A stretch of 52,680 nucleotides of DNA from Terrimicrobiaceae bacterium. GTDB lineage: Bacteria > Verrucomicrobiota > Verrucomicrobiia > Chthoniobacterales > Terrimicrobiaceae. The stretch is taken from contig JBGSVZ010000100.1 in assembly GCA_041752695.1 (NCBI GenBank), positions 1 through 52,680 of the forward strand, in the 5' to 3' direction. The position numbers and the translations under genes were made by a program. Below are positions 27,635-36,739 of the stretch, one piece after another (positions within the stretch are counted from its first letter, which is position 1; each line of letters begins with the position of its first letter). Below the pieces are notes generated by a model. That model saw only the letters and a program-made list of their open reading frames with translations. It had not been told where the DNA came from and searched no databases.

Positions 27635-28930
27635 TCAGGGAGCCTTCGCAGTCTTCGCGGAGATCACGGCGACAGACAGGTTGGGGTGGGTGTCCCGAAC
27701 GAGGGCATAAAGTTTGAAGGCGCCTTCCGTCTCGGGCATTTTCACCCAATACTGTCCGGCGCGGTCGGAGACGGTGTGAGGGAGGATATCGACGGATGTA
27801 TCACGCCATCCGTCGCGCTTCAGATAGGCGAACTGGACGTCGAGCGGGTTCTTTTCCTTGTCAGTTACCTCCAGCTTGACCCGCGTCCAGGCGCCGGGTT
27901 TCTTGGCTTCGGAAGCTCTGGCCACCATGAAGTCATCGATGACTGGCGGCCAGTTTGTGGGGTCTTCGCCGGTGAAGGCCTTGCGGGTCGCCCAATAGGG
28001 CGGCCTGATGGCGTCTTTGGATTTAAACGCGAGCCAAAGGCTGGTGTGATCAAAGGCGTCGGAAAAGTGGAAGACAAACGCTCCCAGACAAAGGGGACGC
28101 TTGGCTTCGATAAGATCCTTCCAGCCATCGGCAATGACCTCGTAACGTTCTTTGTCACCGGGATCCAGCTTGACGCCGTTCGCATCGGGCTGGATTTCCC
28201 ACTCTCCCCGCACCCCGAACTCCGTGATCATGTAGGGTTTTTTGACGCCGAGTTTCTTGGCTTCATCAGGAATGGCCGCCGCGGCGTAGCCGTAAACATT
28301 GGAGGCGTAGATATCGAGGGACGGACAGTATTTTTCCCAATACGGCCAGTCGATGGTCCAGGCGGAAACCGAGGCGACGGGGTGATTGGGGTCGCGCTTT
28401 TTGACCTCCTGGACGATCTCCTCGAGGAACTTTGCGTAGGCTATTTTTTCCTCCTCGGTCTCGATGTTGAGGATCACTTCATTTCCCGCGCCCCAACACA
28501 GTAGGGCGGGGGAATCCTTAAACGCTGCGACGTACCGGATGGTGTCGGTCATTTGTTTTTCCCGGCCGGCGGTGTCGGTCACCCAATTGAAGCTGTCGTC
28601 GTCCTCGGCCCCCGGCCGGCCATGGCGCAGCCAGAGGCCAAGCATCACCTTGAGGCCAACTTTCTCGGCGGCGGCGAGGAGTTTCGGCGTGTCCTCATCA
28701 TTGCAGCCCCAGTTGCGGATGGTGTTCGCGCCCAGCGCCTTGATTTCCCGCAGGTCGCGTTCGATTTGTTCCGCGTCGGATCCTCCGGCGTACGTGACAC
28801 CCTTGATGAAAAAAGGCTGGCCGTCCACCAGGAGGGTGAAGTTGCCATTTTGGCCGTCGACTTTGACCGCGGCGGCAAGAGGGGCGAGCGGAAGCAAAGC
28901 GCAAAGGAGCGCGAGGGAGGGATATTTCAT
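27635..28930 (-). CDS. Secreted clan GH-A glycoside hydrolase (GH2 TIM-barrel-like; possibly a GH157/GH158-type beta-1,3-glucanase)
   Basis: Signal peptide. Motifs GQPFFIKG, GANTIRNWG, GNE (acid/base) and TEFG (nucleophile). The family number is inferred from context. Confidence 0.7.
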   Translation of the reverse strand: MKYPSLALLCALLPLAPLAAAVKVDGQNGNFTLLVDGQPFFIKGVTYAGGSDAEQIERDLREIKALGANTIRNWGCNDEDTPKLLAAAEKVGLKVMLGLWLRHGRPGAEDDDSFNWVTDTAGREKQMTDTIRYVAAFKDSPALLCWGAGNEVILNIETEEEKIAYAKFLEEIVQEVKKRDPNHPVASVSAWTIDWPYWEKYCPSLDIYASNVYGYAAAAIPDEAKKLGVKKPYMITEFGVRGEWEIQPDANGVKLDPGDKERYEVIADGWKDLIEAKRPLCLGAFVFHFSDAFDHTSLWLAFKSKDAIRPPYWATRKAFTGEDPTNWPPVIDDFMVARASEAKKPGAWTRVKLEVTDKEKNPLDVQFAYLKRDGWRDTSVDILPHTVSDRAGQYWVKMPETEGAFKLYALVRDTHPNLSVAVISAKTAKAP

Positions 28931-28970
28931 GAAGGGGGAGGGTGCGGCAGGTGGATGCCGCGGCCCGAAT

Positions 28971-30353
28971 TCAGGCCCGGACTACGACCGTTTGGATCGC
29001 GCGGGGCGGTAGGTTGACCGGGATGGTTTGGTTTTCGATTTCGAGGACGACGGAGAGGGTGTCTTCCGAGGTGTTGAGAAGGACGGTCACTAAGGAACCG
29101 TCGGTATTCCGGCAGGCGGTCGTGCGCAACTGGGGAAGGCCGCGTGGGACGCGGGAACCGAGGCGCACGGCGCCGGGACGAATAAAGCGACTGAAATGAC
29201 CGATGTAGGTGTGGGAGGTCTGGTAGAAGGCCTCGCCGCGTTCGGTATCCACCAGAACGGAGGCGTCGCAGAAATTGCCGACGTGGTTGGGTCCGCCCCG
29301 CAGGTCGAGGGCAAGGTTCCAATCCACCCAAGTGGTGACCCAGTGGTTGAGGTCGTTGATGATGTGCTGCGCATAACGCTCGCCGCGGTCCCATTGTCCG
29401 GGTTTTGCGCCGTGTTCCCAGCAGCCTTCGGTGAAAATAAGCTGTTTTTCGGGCCAGGCCGCGTGGGTGAGTTCGAGTTGCTCGGGCTGCTCGCCGCCAT
29501 ACCAATGGAGACCGATGCCCCAGATATATTGGGCTGCCTTTTTATCATTCAGGACGGCGGCGGCGCGTTCGTAGAGGATGTCCTTGTTGTGATCCCAGAC
29601 GATAAGTTTCACGTCCTTTTGCGCGGAGGCGTGCAGGGCGGGACCGAAATGGTCCCGCACAAAATCGCGTTCCTCCTCGCCCGAATATATGCAGGAATCC
29701 CAGACTTGAACGGCGGCGGGTTCATTCTGCACGGTGACGGCCCAGGCGGGCGCGCCGGCGGCGGCGAGTTCATCGAGATAGCGGACAAGAAACCTGGCCC
29801 AGACTTCGGCGCATTCGGGGCGGAGTTTGCCTCCGTTGTTCATTTCGCCATTGCTTTTCATCCAGCCGGGCGGGCTCCAGGGCGAGGCGATCAGATTAAG
29901 ATCGGGCACGATGGCAAAGACGTCTTGGACCAGCGGCAGCACATAACGCCGGGCGGGTTCCATCGTGAAATGTTTCAGTTCGAAGTCGTCCGCCACGCTG
30001 GCGCAGGACCAATTGGAAAGCGAGAAATCACAACTGTTGATGTGGGTGCGGGCGAAGGTGTAGCCGTTGCCGGTTTCGGGATCGAAACAGCTGCGCAGAA
30101 CTTCCTCCCGCTTTGCGGCGGGGAGCATGGACAGGACATAGGCGGAGGATTCCGTGAGGGAGGTGCCAAAGCCGAGGATTGTCTGGTGTCTCTGCGCGGG
30201 ATCGATGGTCACGACCGGGCTGTGCCCCTCCGCCTGCCGGGAAGCGGCGGGAACGTACGTCAGCCGGTGGCCGTTGTCGCGGGCGGTTTCATAGACTTCG
30301 ATGTGGGCGGCACCCGGGGTGACTGCTTTGGGTTTCGTGAGAAGAGCGTCCAT
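28971..30353 (-). CDS. GH30 glycoside hydrolase (glucosylceramidase-like), no signal peptide
   Basis: Motifs GFGTSLTE, RTHINSCDFS, ASPWSPPGWMK, QNEP, FTEGC, DWNLALD and GGPNHVGN. Confidence 0.9.
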   Translation of the reverse strand: MDALLTKPKAVTPGAAHIEVYETARDNGHRLTYVPAASRQAEGHSPVVTIDPAQRHQTILGFGTSLTESSAYVLSMLPAAKREEVLRSCFDPETGNGYTFARTHINSCDFSLSNWSCASVADDFELKHFTMEPARRYVLPLVQDVFAIVPDLNLIASPWSPPGWMKSNGEMNNGGKLRPECAEVWARFLVRYLDELAAAGAPAWAVTVQNEPAAVQVWDSCIYSGEEERDFVRDHFGPALHASAQKDVKLIVWDHNKDILYERAAAVLNDKKAAQYIWGIGLHWYGGEQPEQLELTHAAWPEKQLIFTEGCWEHGAKPGQWDRGERYAQHIINDLNHWVTTWVDWNLALDLRGGPNHVGNFCDASVLVDTERGEAFYQTSHTYIGHFSRFIRPGAVRLGSRVPRGLPQLRTTACRNTDGSLVTVLLNTSEDTLSVVLEIENQTIPVNLPPRAIQTVVVRA

Positions 30354-30359
30354 GAAGTA

Positions 30360-31670
30360 TTAGCGTTCGACGAGGAAAGGCACGTTGTCGGCGGTGGCGG
30401 CACCCTTGCCATCGCGCACGGTGACAAAGAGCCGGTAGGCTCCAGGTCTTGTGGGCGTCTTCAATGTCACTTTGCCATCGGAGGCCTTGACAATGCACTC
30501 CGGATGCGAAGGGGGAGTCGCTTCATGGTCGCCGCCCTCCTTGCGGTCCGTGCTTTCGGATATCACCGCCCATTCGTAGGTGAGCTTGTCATTGTCGGCG
30601 TCTTTCACCGTGACTTCGGCTGTCGTTTCGAAGTCTGCTTTCACTTTCGCTTCGCGGAGCGGCGTCTCGAAGGTTTCGATGCGGGGGCAGCGGTTGGCGG
30701 GCCAGTTGCCGGTCCAGGCCCTGGCCATGGCGTCCACGGTCGGAAGTTTTTCTCCGCTTTCCAGAAACATGCCAAACCAGGTGGCGGTCGTTTCCTGCTT
30801 CTGCCCCCAGACGAAGGCGTAGGTGCCGAGGCAAAGGCCTTTGCCGTCCTCAATCACCAGGTTGTTAGTCGAATAGTAGGACGCGGCTTTTTCGCGGCTG
30901 GTCGGTTCAATGGGCGCGCCCCAACCCGTCTTACGCACCTCCCAGTGCCCCACGGGACCGAATTCCGTGAGCATGAAGGGTTTATCCCATCCGGAGTCGC
31001 GCAGGCTTTTGCCCACTCCCGGCGCCGCCGCGTAGGCGTTGACGCCGAGGATGTCGATGTTCGGATAATGCTGCTGAATGTTTTTGATTTTGGTCGGAAC
31101 GGCGCCGGCAATCACCGTCATCACGGGATGATTGGAGTCTTCCTTTTTGATGATGGCGGCAAGTTCGTTCAGCTCTTTCCAAATGGTCGGGTCGGCCCCG
31201 TCGGAAGTCGGCCCTTCCATCTCATTGCCGAGCCCCCACATCAGTACGGCCGGATGGTCCTTGTATTTGCGCACGGCATCGCGCACCTCGTCGCGCTGCT
31301 TTTTGACAAATTTCTCATCTTTGTAGTTGAAACCGTGCCGTTCGTGTTTCACCCAAATGCCCACCGTTACTCCGATGCCGAGTTCCTGGCAGCGGTCGAG
31401 GAACAGTTTGCCGTCCACCTTGTCGCCCATCGTTTCGATACCCCAGGTCCGGACGGAATTGCCACCGCTCTCGACCAGGAGCTGAAGGTTTTTTGAGCCG
31501 CCCACCCCCTTGGCGAAAAACGGCTGGCCATTGCGCAGGAGAGTGAACGATCCATTCGGCTCCTGGCGGATTTCCACCTTGGATGGGCCGGGGGAGGTTG
31601 GTGCGGCAGAGGAGGGGAGGACGGATGCAGTCAGCATGGCAAGAGGGAGAGCGAGTGCGCGGGGAAACAT
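30360..31670 (-). CDS. Secreted clan GH-A glycoside hydrolase (GH2 TIM-barrel-like; possibly GH158-type), paralog of 27635-28930
   Basis: Signal peptide from MFPRAL (31670). Motifs LLRNGQPFFAKG, GNSVRTWG, WGLGNE and TEFGP, plus a C-terminal Ig-like domain with GAYRLF. Confidence 0.75.
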   Translation of the reverse strand: MFPRALALPLAMLTASVLPSSAAPTSPGPSKVEIRQEPNGSFTLLRNGQPFFAKGVGGSKNLQLLVESGGNSVRTWGIETMGDKVDGKLFLDRCQELGIGVTVGIWVKHERHGFNYKDEKFVKKQRDEVRDAVRKYKDHPAVLMWGLGNEMEGPTSDGADPTIWKELNELAAIIKKEDSNHPVMTVIAGAVPTKIKNIQQHYPNIDILGVNAYAAAPGVGKSLRDSGWDKPFMLTEFGPVGHWEVRKTGWGAPIEPTSREKAASYYSTNNLVIEDGKGLCLGTYAFVWGQKQETTATWFGMFLESGEKLPTVDAMARAWTGNWPANRCPRIETFETPLREAKVKADFETTAEVTVKDADNDKLTYEWAVISESTDRKEGGDHEATPPSHPECIVKASDGKVTLKTPTRPGAYRLFVTVRDGKGAATADNVPFLVER

Positions 31671-31713
31671 TGTTGGCAGTCTCCGTCTCCCAGACCCGCA
31701 TGGCAAGCAATAT

Positions 31714-31728
31714 GTGCATAAAAGTGCA
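31714..31728. promoter_or_regulatory. Putative operator GTGCATAAAAGTGCA between the divergent GH operon and lacI
   Basis: Exact motif copy. A weaker TGCATATTATTACA lies at 31783-31796. Confidence 0.75.
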
Positions 31729-31819
31729 TAACAATGCGCGGGGATATTCAGAATCGGTTTGCGCAAAGGGCGGAGAGCATGTTGCATATTATTACAGCCG
31801 CCGGAAACGTCCCTGTTCA

Positions 31820-32917
31820 ATGGAGAAAATCAATCAGCAGTTCATCGCCGATCATTTGAAGATCTCCCGCGCGACCGTATCACGCTGTTTTACGAATCAC
31901 CCGGGAATCAACCCTGAGACCCGGGCAAGGGTGTTCGATCTGGCCGCCCAACTTGGGTATGTGCACATGGAAATGCGCGCGCCCACGAGGGTCCGGTCGA
32001 AAAAGCGCCCCGTCGTTGGAGTGCTGGTTTGCACGTCGGTGAAGGATTATTTGGAGGGCAAATTCGAGAGTCCCGGGCAGAAGCTCTTCGCGGGGGTGTC
32101 GGAGTTTGCCCTGCTGCATAACATCAAGCTTGATCTGCATTACGTGGACACGCATGCGGATTCTCTGGACCACCCGGACTACCGAAAGATCAAAAATCTT
32201 CAGGCGCGAAAATGGGCCGGGGTGATCTTAATTTACCCCTTTCCCGACCGGGTGGTTGGTGCCTTGCTGCCACGTTTCCCGCTGGTTTCGTTGGTCGAAC
32301 AGGCCGACCTGCTTGAGCTAAACTGCGTGGATGTCGATCATTACAAGGGCATCTCGACGGCGGTGGACCGGTTGATCCAGGCCGGACACCGGCGGATCGG
32401 TTTTTTCACCCGGAGCTACGACGTGGAGGCAGGCTGGTCCATGCGCCGTTTCAGCGCCTTTATGGAGAAGATGGCCCGCCTGCGTGTTCCGGTGCCGGCC
32501 ACGGACATTGTGAACATTCATCCCAATTCGTTTGCGACGATGGAGGAAAGTTTCAATCACGTCGCCCGGCGGGTGCGCGACGGAGTCACGGGGTGGGTTT
32601 GTGCCGCCGATCACCTCGCTTATGATCTGATCGGCGCATTGGAGGCCCGGGATTTGCCGGTGCCCAAACGGGTGGCAGTCACGGGATTCGACGGCATCAG
32701 CACCCCGGAGGGCTCGCCGGAGCTTTCCACGGTGGTGATTCCCTATCGTGAAATCGGCCTGATCGGCGGCAAGCGCCTGATGGATCTGATCGAGAAGCGT
32801 TTCACGCCCGTCCAGCATATTCTGGTGGGTTCCGAGTTCCGCACAGGCGCGACAATTTCACCCTCTCCGAAGGGCATATCGCGAAAAAGTGTGCATAAAA
32901 TTGCAGTATCTTCTTGA
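31820..32917 (+). CDS. LacI/GalR-family transcriptional regulator
   Basis: HTH INQQFIADHLKISRATVSRCF...INPETRARV, and sugar-binding domain motifs GHRRIGF and VAVTGFDG. Start at ATG 31820. Confidence 0.9.
   Translation: MEKINQQFIADHLKISRATVSRCFTNHPGINPETRARVFDLAAQLGYVHMEMRAPTRVRSKKRPVVGVLVCTSVKDYLEGKFESPGQKLFAGVSEFALLHNIKLDLHYVDTHADSLDHPDYRKIKNLQARKWAGVILIYPFPDRVVGALLPRFPLVSLVEQADLLELNCVDVDHYKGISTAVDRLIQAGHRRIGFFTRSYDVEAGWSMRRFSAFMEKMARLRVPVPATDIVNIHPNSFATMEESFNHVARRVRDGVTGWVCAADHLAYDLIGALEARDLPVPKRVAVTGFDGISTPEGSPELSTVVIPYREIGLIGGKRLMDLIEKRFTPVQHILVGSEFRTGATISPSPKGISRKSVHKIAVSS
32891..32905. promoter_or_regulatory. Putative operator GTGCATAAAATTGCA upstream of the TPR-ABC operon (inside the lacI 3' end)
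   Basis: Motif copy followed by a -35-like TTGACG at 32914. Confidence 0.75.
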
Positions 32918-32966
32918 CGTTTCCGGGTTTTGGGATTTTGCTCGTTCCAGACACTCCCATTAACTT

Positions 32967-33464
32967 ATGAAACCCCTCTTTTCTCTAGCGGTATTGCCGT
33001 TCGCGGCTTTCACTCTTACGGCTTTTCCGGTTCTCGCCCAGGAAGGGGCTCCGGCACCTGCGGTGGCCCCGGCTTATGATTTCGGCAACTTTAGTTCCGA
33101 GACATTGACGGGCAAGGCTTGGGCGGCGATGGATGCCAAGGATTATGTGGCGGTAAAGGTTTATACGGAAAAATGCCGTGAAATGTATCGTGCGGAGGCC
33201 GAGAAGATGCAGCAGGAATTGACCGCGCCGGCTGGCAAGGATCAGGCCTTTGACTATTGGGCGCTCAACGATGTTGGCACTTCGAGTTTTTTGCTCGGCC
33301 AGGCTTTGGAGAAGCAGGGTGATACCAAGGGGGCCATTGAGGCCTATAAATACGTGGTCGAAAAAACCCCATTTGCCCAATGCTGGGATACCAAGGGATG
33401 GTTTTGGCGACCCTCCGATGCCGCCAGTGCGCGGTTGAAGGCGCTCGAATTCGACGCCATGTGA
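32967..33464 (+). CDS. Small secreted TPR-like protein with Trp-rich motifs
   Basis: Signal peptide. Helical pair LGQALEKQGD..GAIEAY, plus motifs WALNDVGT and QCWDTKGWFWRP. Confidence 0.7.
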   Translation: MKPLFSLAVLPFAAFTLTAFPVLAQEGAPAPAVAPAYDFGNFSSETLTGKAWAAMDAKDYVAVKVYTEKCREMYRAEAEKMQQELTAPAGKDQAFDYWALNDVGTSSFLLGQALEKQGDTKGAIEAYKYVVEKTPFAQCWDTKGWFWRPSDAASARLKALEFDAM

Positions 33465-33465
33465 T

Positions 33466-34884
33466 GTGCCGGGCAGAGCGGCTCTCAGGGGCCGCTTTTT
33501 CCTTCCTTTTTTCCTGGTGACCTTCCTTTCCCCTGGCGCGGCGGTGATTATTAGTCTTGCCGTCTTGTCGAGCCTCGGCATGTGGTTAAAACCCGCCGCG
33601 GACTGGCCGGGGCGCAAATACTGGGTCTTTGCGGCGCCGCACGCGGAGATGTATGAGCCGGTGATCCGCGCTTGGAATGCCAGGCATTCCCCGGCTAGCC
33701 AGGTCCGCATGGGGATCCTTAGCGTTCCCGCCATGGAGCGCCGTTTGCTTTCGGGATTTCTTGCGGGAACTCCGGTGCCCGATCTGTGCGAGGCGGAGGT
33801 TTCCATGGCGGCAAAGTTTTTTGCCGGGCCGGTTGAGGCCATTGGGTTGGTCGATCTGACCGAGCGGCTAAAAAGTGAGGGGTTGCTCGACCGCATCAAT
33901 CCCCCCTCCTTCGCTCCCTGGAGCAGCCGGGGGCGCATCTTTGGCATTCCTCACGATGTGCATCCTGTTTTACTGGCCTACCGCTCCGACCTCGTCGAGG
34001 AGGCGGGCATTGATGTCTCGAAGATCGAAACGTGGGACGACTTTGTACGGGCGTTCTCGCCCCTGATGACCGACAAGAACGGAGATGGCTACCCGGATCG
34101 TTATTTGCTGAACTTTTGGGAAACCAATGGTGCTGCCATCGAGCTCCTTCTGATGCAGGCAGGAGGCCAACTCTTTGACGACCATCTGCAACCGCAAATC
34201 AATTCCGAGATCAATGCGCGCGTTCTGGCGACTTTGGCGGGATGGACGGCGGGGCCGGGCCGCATTGCTGCCAATGCGCCTAATCTTAATGCCGAGGGCA
34301 ATCAAATGTTCATCGACGGCTATGTGCTTTGCAATCTGTTGCCTGACTGGATGGCCGGCGTGTGGCTGAAGGATCTCCCGGGACTGGCAGGAAAGATCAA
34401 GCTCATGCCCCTGCCAGCCTGGAACCCGGGAGGCCGCCGGACCAGTGTCAGCGGGGGAACGATGTTATCGTTCCCGAAGGCCGGTGGAGACTTTGAGACG
34501 AACTGGGAGTTCGCCCGTGATTTGTATTTGGATCCCGTCCTGGCCGAGCAGCTTTTTCTCAAGGGGGCGATTATCTCGCCCGTAATGGACAACTGGACGG
34601 CCCCTTATTATGATACACCAAATCCGTATTTTTGCGGCCAAGCCATCGGACGTGCTTATATCAATGTGGCCCCGGATGTGCCTATGCGCACCTCTTCCTC
34701 GTACAAGACATTGGCCATTGCCAGGGTCACGGATGCCCTGATCCGGCTCAAGCGCCGGGCCGAGCAGGGTGGCGTCTTTGACCGGGAGGTTTTGCTGCCG
34801 ATGGCGCGGGAGGAACTGGCGGTGGCCCAATCCTATATTGTGGACAAAATGGCGCGCAATAAATTCGCGGAGGCCGCCCGATGA
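33466..34884 (+). CDS. Sugar ABC transporter substrate-binding protein (CUT1)
   Basis: Motifs GRIFGIPHDVHPVLLAYRSDL, IETWDDF and GGTMLS. N-terminal hydrophobic anchor; the start may be GTG 33517. Confidence 0.88.
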   Translation: MPGRAALRGRFFLPFFLVTFLSPGAAVIISLAVLSSLGMWLKPAADWPGRKYWVFAAPHAEMYEPVIRAWNARHSPASQVRMGILSVPAMERRLLSGFLAGTPVPDLCEAEVSMAAKFFAGPVEAIGLVDLTERLKSEGLLDRINPPSFAPWSSRGRIFGIPHDVHPVLLAYRSDLVEEAGIDVSKIETWDDFVRAFSPLMTDKNGDGYPDRYLLNFWETNGAAIELLLMQAGGQLFDDHLQPQINSEINARVLATLAGWTAGPGRIAANAPNLNAEGNQMFIDGYVLCNLLPDWMAGVWLKDLPGLAGKIKLMPLPAWNPGGRRTSVSGGTMLSFPKAGGDFETNWEFARDLYLDPVLAEQLFLKGAIISPVMDNWTAPYYDTPNPYFCGQAIGRAYINVAPDVPMRTSSSYKTLAIARVTDALIRLKRRAEQGGVFDREVLLPMAREELAVAQSYIVDKMARNKFAEAAR

Positions 34885-35753
34885 GCGTCTCGGTGAATCA
34901 CCCTCGGTGGGTGCCCTATTTTTTCCTCACCCCCTTTCTGCTCTGCTTCGGGGTCTTCATGGTGTATCCGCTGGTTCAGTCCATCTGGCTGTCGCTTCTC
35001 CAGACCTATGGGCCGGAATACACGAAATTTGTCGGTTTGGATAATTTCTGGCACCTTCTCCGCGACACGGAATTTCATCTCGCGGCGCGGAATACCCTGA
35101 TCTACACGCTGGGTTCGCTGTTTATCCAACTCCCGGTCGCGCTCGGACTGGCGCTTTTGCTCAACCGGCCGGGGCTGCGGGGGCGGACCTTTTTTCGGTT
35201 GGTCTTTTTTGCCCCGTCGCTGGTCGGGCTGGTTTTTGCTGCCATGATGTTTGCCCTCCTCTTTGGTGCGAAGGCGGGGTTGCTCAACGAGATGCTTCGC
35301 CGGGTTGTGCCGGGTTTTCCTCCGGAATTTCCCTGGCTGCAGGAATACGTGATGACTTCGCTCATCATCGCCTCCCTTTGGATGTACGCGGGCTACAATA
35401 TGATCTATTTTCTGGCTGCCCTGCAAAATGTGGATCCGGCGCTGGGCGAGGCGGCGCAGATTGATGGCGCGGGTGCCTGGCATCGTTTCCTCCATGTCAC
35501 CCTGCCGGAAATCCGCCCGGTTGCTGGCTTTGTGACTTTGCTCTCCATCATTGGCAGCCTGCAACTCTTTGAGTTGCCCTTTGTGTTGCTCGATGGCGCG
35601 GGGCCGGAGAATCGGGGTCTGACCCTGGTGATGTATTTGTATCAGAATGGCTTCGAGCGCAATGACCTCGGATATGCCAGCGCCATCGGCTGGGTGTTGG
35701 CAGTGTTTTTGGCCGGCATTGCTCTGGCTCAGCGGCGGCTGATTCGCGAATGA
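34881..35753 (+). CDS. Sugar ABC transporter permease (MalF/UgpA-like)
   Basis: Motifs FVGLDNF, EAAQIDGAG and GYASA. Confidence 0.92.
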   Translation: MSVSVNHPRWVPYFFLTPFLLCFGVFMVYPLVQSIWLSLLQTYGPEYTKFVGLDNFWHLLRDTEFHLAARNTLIYTLGSLFIQLPVALGLALLLNRPGLRGRTFFRLVFFAPSLVGLVFAAMMFALLFGAKAGLLNEMLRRVVPGFPPEFPWLQEYVMTSLIIASLWMYAGYNMIYFLAALQNVDPALGEAAQIDGAGAWHRFLHVTLPEIRPVAGFVTLLSIIGSLQLFELPFVLLDGAGPENRGLTLVMYLYQNGFERNDLGYASAIGWVLAVFLAGIALAQRRLIRE

Positions 35754-36610
35754 AGGCCCTGCTCAAGGCCCTGGACGTGATGGTTTACGTCGTGCTGGTG
35801 GTCGCGGCGATTATTACGCTGATTCCCTTTGTCTGGCTGATCTGTGCGGCGCTGCGCAGGCCGGAGGTCTATTTTCAATACCAGTTCCTACCATGGGGGG
35901 ATGGGTTCCTCGGGGTGAACTGGCGGGCACTTACGCTTGATCATTTCGGAAAACTTTTCGATCAGTCCCAATTCGCCTTCGGTCAGCACTTGCTGAACTC
36001 CGTCTTCTACGCCTCGGTCACGGCGGCCTTTGCGACCTTGTTTTCCGCGATGGGCGGGTATGCGCTGGCGAAATTCCATTTTCGCGCCCGGGGCTTTGTC
36101 ACGCTGTTAATCTTGTCCTCGCTCCTCATTCCCGGTTCGCTCCTCCTTGCCCCGGGGTACCAATTGCTTTTCCACCTTGGTCTCCTGGACTCCTACGCGG
36201 GACTCATTTTGCCGGGATTGGTGCCCGCCTTTGGAGTTTACCTCTTTCGCCAGAGCATGCTTCACGCCATTCCGATTGACCTGTTGGAAGCCGCACGAAT
36301 GGACGGCATGGGGGAAATCCGGGTGTTTTTTGAGGTGGTTTTGCCGCTGGTCCGTCCGATGACCGGTGCCTTCCTCCTCATCACCTATCTGGGCTGCTGG
36401 AACAATTTCATCGGCCCCCAAATCGTCCTGCAATCGCCTGACAAATTCCCCCTTGCCGTGGCCATCGCCCAGCTCAAGGGTCTCTATTCCACGGATTACG
36501 GCCTGCTGATGGCGGGAACGCTTGTTTCTATCGCGCCGGTCATGGCGCTCTTCCTCCTCCTCCAACGCGAATTCATCTCCGGCCTCACCCAGGGGGCGGT
36601 GAAGGGCTGA
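35750..36610 (+). CDS. Sugar ABC transporter permease (MalG/UgpE-like)
   Basis: Motifs EAARMDG, WNNF and QREFISGLTQGAVKG. Confidence 0.92.
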   Translation: MKALLKALDVMVYVVLVVAAIITLIPFVWLICAALRRPEVYFQYQFLPWGDGFLGVNWRALTLDHFGKLFDQSQFAFGQHLLNSVFYASVTAAFATLFSAMGGYALAKFHFRARGFVTLLILSSLLIPGSLLLAPGYQLLFHLGLLDSYAGLILPGLVPAFGVYLFRQSMLHAIPIDLLEAARMDGMGEIRVFFEVVLPLVRPMTGAFLLITYLGCWNNFIGPQIVLQSPDKFPLAVAIAQLKGLYSTDYGLLMAGTLVSIAPVMALFLLLQREFISGLTQGAVKG

Positions 36611-36666
36611 TTTCCGGTTTCGCGGGGCAGTGGAAAGGCCCGGTTTCTCCGCGTCAAAAAAGATAA

Positions 36667-36681
36667 TGCAATTTTATGCAC
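36667..36681. promoter_or_regulatory. Putative operator (reverse orientation, TGCAATTTTATGCAC) upstream of the pilin-like cassette
   Basis: Exact reverse complement of GTGCATAAAATTGCA. Followed by promoter-like hexamers TTGCAA (36689) and TACGTT (36711). Confidence 0.75.
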
Positions 36682-36739
36682 GTTTTTCTTGCAATCTCTG
36701 TCATTATCGATACGTTGAGAAACATCAGACATCCTCCCG

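Noticed and set aside
29196..31496. 766-aa plus-strand ORF
   Set aside because: Antisense shadow of GH30 and the GH-A gene.
31583..31819. N-terminal extension of the LacI ORF, sharing the peptide CIKVH with the 45823 ORF extension
   Set aside because: The shared peptide is just the translated operator DNA; the true starts are most likely 31820 and 45943.
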